Shown here: piece by piece, positions 56,822-64,000 of the stretch
Layout: each line of letters opens with the position of its first letter
Position numbering within the stretch: the stretch's first letter is position 1
Sequence record: OP310984.1
Length of the DNA: 64,000 nt
Reading direction: 5' to 3' (one strand)
The notes under the pieces: generated by a model
Seen by the model: the letters and a program-made list of their open reading frames with translations, nothing else
Databases searched by the model: none
What the model was told of the DNA's origin: nothing
Translations under genes and position numbers: made by a program

Positions 56822-57961
56822 TTATTTGAACTCTGTCAATAATCCCAATACCCGTTGGATCTGAGCAGCGTCCGCTGTAAATTTTTCAATATCTGGAATA
56901 ATTAAATCAGAAATACTTTCTGGAGTTATATCCAAAAATTCTGATAAATCAAAATTCTTTAGGCTATCTGACACAGTATTTTTCTTTGTAGTAACTTTTT
57001 CAATTAAGATACTCCATGAAAAATTAGGATATTCATTTTGAAATGTATCGAGATCACCAGTAGCTACATCACCTGGATTACATCTTAACCTAATTGCAGA
57101 GTTAGTTGGTAGTGTCTTGATATGTTCTTTAACAGTGTAATTAAGTTGCTTAGTATCCATTCCATGGACATTCAAAGTATCGTATCTACGCGCACCCTTA
57201 TTCTCAAGGAATGTAGCAGTCCATTCGCCATTTTCTTTTACCACAACATCAAATAATCCTTTTGGAATTTCATCGTTGTGACTTAATCGATCAAATCCAC
57301 CGGCAGCTAAAATGCGTTCATAGATAGACATCTCATGAACATGTCCACCATTGATCATATATTTAGTTAATGCTAAATATTCGTCTGGATCATGTGTTGG
57401 CTCTTCCACAATACTTGGTAGCTGATGTTTAAATGCACCATGTAAAATAGTAAAGTCAACTTGAGATATACCTTTCTTATGCATTAAATCTTTTACTTGA
57501 TTTAAAGTCTCTGATGTGGATGGATTCCATTTATCAGGGACATAAAGGAAATATGCATCTAGTTTCTCAATATACTCAATATCGAGAATCTTTGAATAAT
57601 GCAAATCAACTTTAATATTTGCATTATTTTTTTGTTCTACGAAAAACTGCATTTGCCCACGGTCATGTGATGGGGTCCCTTCAACAATACGGATCATTAC
57701 ATTATACATTTCACATTTGTAGAGAAGTATTGTAATAAATCTATCAATTGCGTATGCAGCTGGATCGCCATTGTTTAATTGACGATCAAATAAATCCCCT
57801 GTAATAATCAGCATATCAATATCTTTTAAAATTGTATCAGGGACAGTTTTCCAAAAGTTATTGATGATTAATTCAGTAGGGGTTTGGCGATGCCCCATAT
57901 GGACATCGCCTACTGTTAAATATCGAAATATGCCAGGTTTCTTTGTTTTATCAGTCTTCAT
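56822..57961 (-). CDS. sbcD: SbcD/Mre11-like metallophosphoesterase nuclease (gp65-like)
   Basis: GDVHMG, ITGDLFD, EGTPSHD, LHG, GGHVH motifs. Confidence 0.85.
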   Translation of the reverse strand: MKTDKTKKPGIFRYLTVGDVHMGHRQTPTELIINNFWKTVPDTILKDIDMLIITGDLFDRQLNNGDPAAYAIDRFITILLYKCEMYNVMIRIVEGTPSHDRGQMQFFVEQKNNANIKVDLHYSKILDIEYIEKLDAYFLYVPDKWNPSTSETLNQVKDLMHKKGISQVDFTILHGAFKHQLPSIVEEPTHDPDEYLALTKYMINGGHVHEMSIYERILAAGGFDRLSHNDEIPKGLFDVVVKENGEWTATFLENKGARRYDTLNVHGMDTKQLNYTVKEHIKTLPTNSAIRLRCNPGDVATGDLDTFQNEYPNFSWSILIEKVTTKKNTVSDSLKNFDLSEFLDITPESISDLIIPDIEKFTADAAQIQRVLGLLTEFK

Positions 57962-58559
57962 ATTCATCACCGTAAACACATTCATCATTCTCAGGTGTAT
58001 CTACTTGCACACCTCCAGATTTAGATGAAGATGCATTCGGTAACTCATATAACGGAGTACCATCAGTATTTTTTAATACCCGACCATATGCTGCTAAGAT
58101 TTGGATTAACACTTGTAGAAGTTGTTTTTCTAATGGTTCATTATAAATACACCGCTCTAGGAATTGAGCCGCTTCTTTAGCAAACCCACCACGTGGATTG
58201 CGATTATGTTCTTTATTATAATAATCCATTACATTAGAAATACTAGCAACATTCTCACCAGATGAGATTGCAACACTTGGACGAGGATAAAGTGCTGGAA
58301 CTGTAAAAAGTACAACTGCTTCTTTGGTATTAACACTTGCTACACGTAATGGATTTGATAGCTCATGAACATATTTACGATATTCATCTAATGCACCTGG
58401 TGCCCATGGACATTCAAGTAACGGTAATATATTCTTTACAAAAACGTCCTCATGGACAATAGGTATCTCTTTCTGATGAATGCTAACCATGGCTTGCATT
58501 GCATCCATGATCATGTTATCGCTATCTGTAACTCTAGTGTTCGGTTCCGGAGTTGCCAT
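57951..58559 (-). CDS. Conserved hypothetical protein (gp64-like)
   Basis: ORF track frame; start MATPEP. Confidence 0.7.
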   Translation of the reverse strand: MATPEPNTRVTDSDNMIMDAMQAMVSIHQKEIPIVHEDVFVKNILPLLECPWAPGALDEYRKYVHELSNPLRVASVNTKEAVVLFTVPALYPRPSVAISSGENVASISNVMDYYNKEHNRNPRGGFAKEAAQFLERCIYNEPLEKQLLQVLIQILAAYGRVLKNTDGTPLYELPNASSSKSGGVQVDTPENDECVYGDEYED

Positions 58560-59091
58560 CTTCTTTACCCATAACTTGTTCAATCTGTTGTTTAGTCAGA
58601 GTAGTGATGATATTAAAACGAGCTTCTTCTTTATTTTCCATTAGTTGAGGATTACTATTTAGGTAATCAATCAACGCATCGCAGTTTTCAGTAGTGAACT
58701 TATTAGGCGTTCCAACAGTAGCAAACATATAACCTTTATCACCGCCCTTACGAACAATGACTGATTCCATATGTTCTTTCTGATTAACCCCATCTACTTC
58801 AGCTAGTGAGAATACTGGTTTAGTATCACCATGGATAGCTCGCAATGCGTCATCAACTTCATGCCGAATACTTTCACCCATATTGCAAAGAATATCTGCA
58901 AGAACTCGACTAACGCGAATATTAAATGTTGCAGTTTCTTCAGCTTTAGCTTTTACCAATTGTTGGAAAGCCTCATCTACAACATTAGCATGTTTTGTTA
59001 GATTCCTAACTGTTACTTCTAGCATATGAATTCGTTTTAATAGCATGGAGTTCATAGCTTCGCTTTCATTTTTCTCAACTTCACTAGTCAT
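58534..59091 (-). CDS. Hypothetical protein with N-terminal coiled coil (gp63-like)
   Basis: ORF track. Confidence 0.7.
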   Translation of the reverse strand: MTSEVEKNESEAMNSMLLKRIHMLEVTVRNLTKHANVVDEAFQQLVKAKAEETATFNIRVSRVLADILCNMGESIRHEVDDALRAIHGDTKPVFSLAEVDGVNQKEHMESVIVRKGGDKGYMFATVGTPNKFTTENCDALIDYLNSNPQLMENKEEARFNIITTLTKQQIEQVMGKEDGNSGTEH

Positions 59092-59529
<438 letters not shown>

Positions 59530-59541
59530 TTAAGTTAAGAT

Positions 59542-59560
59542 GGGAGCCAAATGGCTCCCT
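59542..59560. terminator. Terminator-like hairpin
   Basis: GGGAGCC-AAAT-GGCTCCC. Confidence 0.6.
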
Positions 59561-59595
59561 TTATATTGCTTGATACATACAGTTAAATACTTACA

Positions 59596-60060
59596 TTAAC
59601 TAGCATATAAATATTTACTTGCAATTAATTCAATGTGATATACGATAACAGCACCTTCTTTTTTCTTGAGTGTGCTTGTTAAAACGATATCGTGTTCAGT
59701 AACACATGCATGTACACTAATGGGTTTGGTAGTAATTTCACTACTTGTCCCTGAAAAATGAGTTGTAGCTACATATAACTGGGTATCATCAACTAACCCA
59801 TTTGGATCCCTACCAACATGTACAAATGGTGGCCTGCTAGAAACATTAGGATGGTCGTCTTTAATAACAAGATGACCATCTTCAGATGGGTAAGCATAGT
59901 CATATCCAGTTACATAGATACGTAGAGCGCCATTCTTAAATGCTTCTTTAAGATAAGAATATTCTTCAAAATTAAAACGAATTGAATCAACCACAGCAGT
60001 AGTTAATTTAAGAATAGGGTGTAGTGGCCTTGATGAGTTATTATTCTTAATTAATAGCAT
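59596..60060 (-). CDS. Hypothetical protein (gp61-like)
   Basis: ORF track frame; start MLLIK with AAGGA SD. Confidence 0.6.
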   Translation of the reverse strand: MLLIKNNNSSRPLHPILKLTTAVVDSIRFNFEEYSYLKEAFKNGALRIYVTGYDYAYPSEDGHLVIKDDHPNVSSRPPFVHVGRDPNGLVDDTQLYVATTHFSGTSSEITTKPISVHACVTEHDIVLTSTLKKKEGAVIVYHIELIASKYLYAS

Positions 60061-60382
60061 CGGTATTTTCCTTAACGTAAAAAGCAATATGTGGATGGTT
60101 CCACAATGGACTCTCATCACAAAAACTATAACTATGTATTTCCTCGCCAGTATCTAATTTAATAGAGACCACTTCACCTTCAATGACTGTGAAAATAAAT
60201 TTAGTATCAGGTGAAACATAATCACCAGTTACATAGTCATTATCGGGAAGATACAATAGTCGTGTTTGATTATCGTATTTAAGTTCTATTCCATCTGTAC
60301 TATTAAAGTACATATATCCCGTACCATCTGGACTTTTTTGAAACATCTTTAGTTTATTTGGTACGAGTAGATCAATTGACAT
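60047..60382 (-). CDS. Hypothetical protein (gp60-like)
   Basis: ORF track; AGGAG SD. Confidence 0.65.
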   Translation of the reverse strand: MSIDLLVPNKLKMFQKSPDGTGYMYFNSTDGIELKYDNQTRLLYLPDNDYVTGDYVSPDTKFIFTVIEGEVVSIKLDTGEEIHSYSFCDESPLWNHPHIAFYVKENTDAIN

Positions 60383-60405
60383 AGATCTCTCCTAAACGAT
60401 AGAAG

Positions 60406-60428
60406 AGAGCCCCATGTAGGGACTCTCA
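60406..60428. terminator. Terminator-like hairpin
   Basis: GAGAG-CCCC-ATGTA-GGGA-CTCTC. Confidence 0.5.
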
Positions 60429-60433
60429 TTTAT

Positions 60434-61045
60434 TTAACCTAGAAGATTACCTACGACTGAAGTTGGATCTTCTTCACCTGCGTCCAGATGTTCATCAATA
60501 GCATTCCACATACGGATGATGTCAACTTTCTCGTGCAGACTAAGTTTACGATCGCTCTTGATATCTTCGTGATAGTTTTTATAACCGAATTCTTTCTTAT
60601 CGGTATACATAACTCCATCCATCACGCGGCGATAATCAAACTGTCGTTCACCTACAGCATCACCTTGGATGTTATTATAAGAACCACCATATCCATCAAC
60701 TTCATTATTAAGATACATAGTTCTTAGACGCTCATGCGCCATAACCCAACGTTGCATAATTGGACCAGCTGTTTGTAGTTCAGCTAATGTCTCAAGATAC
60801 ACAATGTTGTTCGACTGCCATAAGTTATCTTTCTTTGTGGTCAGATTCCGCAGTGCTTGAACAGCAGCTGATTCACTAATCATACTGTACATATTTTGAG
60901 CAGTATTAAAAAAGCTAGCAGCAGCAGTTGACATAGTTGAACGAAGTGCCTGACTACGCTCACCCAACCATTGAGTTGTTTGCTGTGTAAGATGGCCACC
61001 TGCACAGATGTCCAAGAGGTCTACACCATGTGCATCTACAATCAT
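60434..61045 (-). CDS. Conserved chimallivirus protein, Imp3 by synteny (gp59-like)
   Basis: 203 aa; GAGGTG SD; assignment from position only. Confidence 0.6.
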   Translation of the reverse strand: MIVDAHGVDLLDICAGGHLTQQTTQWLGERSQALRSTMSTAAASFFNTAQNMYSMISESAAVQALRNLTTKKDNLWQSNNIVYLETLAELQTAGPIMQRWVMAHERLRTMYLNNEVDGYGGSYNNIQGDAVGERQFDYRRVMDGVMYTDKKEFGYKNYHEDIKSDRKLSLHEKVDIIRMWNAIDEHLDAGEEDPTSVVGNLLG

Positions 61046-61053
61046 TATACACC

Positions 61054-61479
61054 TCAGTTATTGGCCGTATATGACCAGCATAGATTAAACGGATGTTGCA
61101 TAGGTAAGTTAAATGTATTTAGTTCCTGACCGATCCAATTGACAGCTTTTGTAACACCTTCAACAGTTACAGTTAATTCAACATGGATATCATATTCAGG
61201 TGCAGTCACCACAATAGTGATTGGATCATCATGTTTAATACGGAATCCAAACTTAGGATGATGGAATCCAGTATATTCACCTTTAGTATTTTCTAGAATA
61301 CATTCAAATAGATTAGTTTCTTTATTAAGTTTAAATGTAACTAGTTTATCTGAATCTTTAAGTAAACCATTATCCCCAAATACATTGAATCGATAATGCT
61401 TATGGCAGATACCAAGTGTTTTTGGTACATCATGGGAATTATCGATTTGCTTAGTACATTCGTTGCATTTACTATTCAT
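61054..61479 (-). CDS. Hypothetical protein (gp58-like)
   Basis: ORF track; AAGG SD. Confidence 0.65.
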   Translation of the reverse strand: MNSKCNECTKQIDNSHDVPKTLGICHKHYRFNVFGDNGLLKDSDKLVTFKLNKETNLFECILENTKGEYTGFHHPKFGFRIKHDDPITIVVTAPEYDIHVELTVTVEGVTKAVNWIGQELNTFNLPMQHPFNLCWSYTANN

Positions 61480-61491
61480 CTTTATTTACCT

Positions 61492-61875
61492 TTAATAGAT
61501 TTGTTTATCAAAAGAACAATTGATTGGAATAGTGATAACTTCATTAGTAATTACATGTTTACCTGTCTTTTTAAAGAATTGTGCAAATTTTGAAGTAGCT
61601 GGAATTACAAGGGTATCATCCCGATCATTATTTGACATATTGTAAAAAGTAAACTTACCGTCTAGGTTAAACCTAATGCACCACTTAATATTTCGTATTT
61701 TGAAATCTATACCAAATCTTAAATGACCATCAATCAATTCAGAACCACCGTATTCATAAGCTCCGGTGAAATTCCAATTAATTTCTGATAATTGGAAAGT
61801 TACAGGATGTTCGCCATATTCATCTTGTATGTAGTAACCATCATGAGCTTTCCAATAGATAACTAAATCATGCAT
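61492..61875 (-). CDS. Hypothetical protein (gp57-like)
   Basis: ORF track; GAGG SD. Confidence 0.65.
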   Translation of the reverse strand: MHDLVIYWKAHDGYYIQDEYGEHPVTFQLSEINWNFTGAYEYGGSELIDGHLRFGIDFKIRNIKWCIRFNLDGKFTFYNMSNNDRDDTLVIPATSKFAQFFKKTGKHVITNEVITIPINCSFDKQIY

Positions 61876-61898
61876 ACTACTAGCCTCAAAGAATTAAT

Positions 61899-61917
61899 AG
61901 GGGATTCAAACTCCCCT
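61899..61917. terminator. Terminator-like hairpin
   Basis: AGGGGA-TTCAAAC-TCCCCT. Confidence 0.5.
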
Positions 61918-61934
61918 ATTAATTTATTTTGCTT

Positions 61935-62123
61935 TTAATCATTAAGCTTAGAGATCATTTCGACATATGCATCGACAAACCTTCTGTTTACCACTACATC
62001 ACCATTCCCGCAAGTAATATATCTCTTAGTGAATACGGCTACCGATCTGGCTTCACGTTCATCTCATTCGACTTGTGATAAACATTCCGGGTTACGTCGA
62101 ATAATTTCACGAATATTAGACAT
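61935..62123 (-). pseudogene. 62-codon ORF interrupted by in-frame TGA at codon 20
   Basis: MSNIREIIRRNPECLSQVE*DEREARSVAVFTKRYITCGNGDVVVNRRFVDAYVEMISKLND*; AAGGGG SD; promoter motif upstream. Confidence 0.5.
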
Positions 62124-62154
62124 TGGGTATTCCCCTTATCACTATTGCATCTTA

Positions 62155-62162
62155 GTGATATA
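62155..62162 (-). promoter_or_regulatory. Early-promoter variant TATATCAC
   Basis: TTTCAGATT-TATATCAC. Confidence 0.5.
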
Positions 62163-62228
62163 AATCTGAAATTAAATCCAGTGGAACTTTACATCCATGG
62201 TTAGTCGCCGCCATAACAGGAAATAAAG

Positions 62229-62253
62229 CCCCCTACTACATAAATAGTAGGGG
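62229..62253. terminator. Terminator after nvRNAP beta' exon 2
   Basis: CCCCTACTA-CATAAA-TAGTAGGGG. Confidence 0.7.
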
Positions 62254-62264
62254 TAAGTTTATTA

Positions 62265-62483
62265 TTACGACTTCAACCATTCTTCTAATGGCGGTAAATA
62301 CTTCTCATGCGCCCAGTTAATAATTGTTTCTACAACAGGACCCTGTAATTCAAGGTTACCTGAGATTTCATGTGGTTCATCAATAGATAGAACCCATGTA
62401 TGTGGAGCAATGCGTTCAGTTGCTTTGGTTAAATACACATCAGGCATTAACGTTAAATTCAATTGATCGCCGTCAAAATCCGC
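62265..62483 (-). CDS. rpoC: nvRNAP beta' N-terminal subunit, exon 2 (gp56.1)
   Basis: Begins ADFDGDQLNLTLMPDVY immediately after intron terminal G; 72 aa. Confidence 0.92.
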   Translation of the reverse strand, partial: ADFDGDQLNLTLMPDVYLTKATERIAPHTWVLSIDEPHEISGNLELQGPVVETIINWAHEKYLPPLEEWLKS

Positions 62484-63872
62484 CGTTATGTTCAGTATGG
62501 GTCGTTAATCCATACCCGGTAGTATAATTACCACATGATAATTACCACCTGCTGCATGTCGCCATGCAGACCAGACTATATCTTCACCCTTCCTTTCGGA
62601 GTAGGGTGTCTCCCATTTCGAGTCACTTGACTCTACATCCTATTTCTAGGACCGGCGCACCTGATACCGTAATAGTCGTTGAACCTTCTCCTATTCCTAA
62701 ATGGAATGTTACGGAGCTTGGCTGCTGATTGTCCCTACCTAATCTTTTTCAAACCTTGGCTTTGTCTTTCGACTCGCAGTGGTAGATTAGTTTAACAGGA
62801 TATCCCAGCAATTAGAGAGAACTCATCCCAATGATTACTCATTGGGGGAACTAGACTTGATTAACTTAATAAGGTATTTATCAAGCACCCCATTCTTTTC
62901 AAAGATTGCTCTTCGAATAGTATTCGGATGCTTAATACCGACATCTCTTGCAAAGTGTGGAATACTTGGATACACTTTGGTAGTGTTCAAGATGGTGTCA
63001 GTTACTTCAATTGGAGTGCCTTTTCCATTACTAGGTTTTCCAAATGAGGCTTCAATTTCTTTCTGAGTATATTTAGGGAAATCTTCAGGATTAGCAGTAT
63101 ATGAGAATACCAGACCATCCATGATTTCCTTACTACCTCTAACTAGATGGTAATAGGCTTTATTACGTTTAGTACCTAGTGCAAGTTCCATTTCTGCTAA
63201 GTTATGAAACACATGTAATGTCTTAGTCTTATAGTCTAAAACATAAACTGTCTTGGTACTTTCACGATCAGCAATCTTAGTCTCACCGGTAATAAATTCA
63301 AATGTGAATCTATTTCTATACGGCTTAGTCTTATGGTCACGTATAATAACCCAAACCGTATTTTTATTAACTCCTAATACCCGAGCAAGTTCATTCATCG
63401 AGTAATAAGTAGTCTTTTCACCAGTGGTAACATCAGTTGCAATTACCCGTCTATTTTCTTTTCTTAATCCATTTTTGTAAGCATGCTCAATGTTTTCACC
63501 ACGAGTCATCCATTCCAAATTGGATGGTAAGTTATTATGTTTGTTGCCGTCTTTATGATTGACTTCATATGTTGGTCCAGGAGATGGACCATGGAATGCA
63601 GTACAAACTAGAATATGCGCTCCCTTACTTTTTGATGTCTTTTCATCATTTTTTGCACCTATATTGAGATATGTCCCAATTGATGTTTTAGTAAGGAAGA
63701 AATTACATATTCTATTTAACCGCTTATGACGAATCGTTCCTAAGTTACTAGCCTCTTAAGCTGAGTATCCAGGAATATCTCGCCATTCAATTTTAAATGA
63801 AGCCGGATCAAAGACGGACACTACTCCGTTTTGTTCCATTGTCTTTTACCTTATTTGGTTATTCAATTGTCC
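62484..63872 (-). mobile_element. Group I intron (1389 nt) carrying an HNH homing endonuclease gene
   Basis: P AAUUGCUGGGA, Q AAUCAGCAGC, R GUUCAACGACUA, S GAAGAUAUAGUCU; ends ...ACAUAACG; removal gives KAPN-ADFDGD. Confidence 0.92.
62835..63839 (-). pseudogene. NUMOD4-HNH homing endonuclease (gp56-like) with premature TAA at codon 28
   Basis: One frame: MEQ...IEWRDIPGYSA*EASNLGTIR...VNHKDGNKHNNLPSNLEWMTRGENIEHA... with C-terminal NUMOD1-like repeats; TAA at 63756..63758. Confidence 0.85.
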
Positions 63873-64000
63873 ATTAGGCGCTTTAAGGCATAAAACTGAC
63901 ATGCTGATAGAATTATCATTAATGTCATCTTTTACTTTAGTAATAAAGAACTGCTGCGTAGATCCACGTTGAAGCGTTGGATTTCGGTGAAAAGTACAAC
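63873..64000 (-). CDS. rpoC: nvRNAP beta' N-terminal subunit, end of exon 1 (gp55; runs off right edge)
   Basis: CTFHRNPTLQRGS...SVLCLKAPN; RNPTL matches the conserved beta' R.PTL motif. Confidence 0.9.

Noticed and set aside
61935-63839. Stop-codon reassignment suggested by two in-frame stops (TGA and TAA)
   Set aside because: The two stops are different codons, and TAA/TGA terminate many clear genes here with ATGA/TAATG coupling; long genes are not fragmented in the standard code

Overview
AT-rich, gene-dense segment of a nucleus-forming jumbo phage that looks very close to Pseudomonas phage phiKZ. It is shown in reverse orientation and runs from the accessory genes beyond gp104 (left) to the 3' part of gp55 (right). 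phiKZ gp numbers come from my recollection of the proteins and from collinearity, not from a database search. Content: an early accessory block of small ORFs (orphan HigA-like HTH, signal-anchored proteins, DarG-like macrodomain gp104); virion, baseplate and head-ejection genes (gp83-gp101, including the gp92-97 paralogue array); the split family-B DNA polymerase exonuclease subunit (gp82); a virion RNAP beta' fragment (gp80); an SF2 helicase (gp75); non-virion RNAP subunits (gp74, gp71/73, gp68, gp55/56.1); nuclear import/shell factors (gp69 Imp1/PicA, gp67 ChmC-like, gp59); and an SbcD-like nuclease. Two closely related group I introns interrupt catalytic-centre motifs of the nvRNAP. One is an ORF-less 307-nt intron in beta (HGG|KGV). 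The other is a 1389-nt intron in beta' (N|ADFDGD) whose HNH homing endonuclease has an in-frame nonsense codon. The most novel signals are two candidate programmed -1 ribosomal frameshifts. (i) T-TTT-TTT near the end of gp77 leads into a start-less 165-codon frame (tail-assembly-chaperone G/GT-like). (ii) C-CCA-AAG directly before the stop of DNA polymerase subunit gp82, followed by a long stem, leads into a 122-codon frame that lacks a canonical start. No tRNA, rRNA or CRISPR array was seen.
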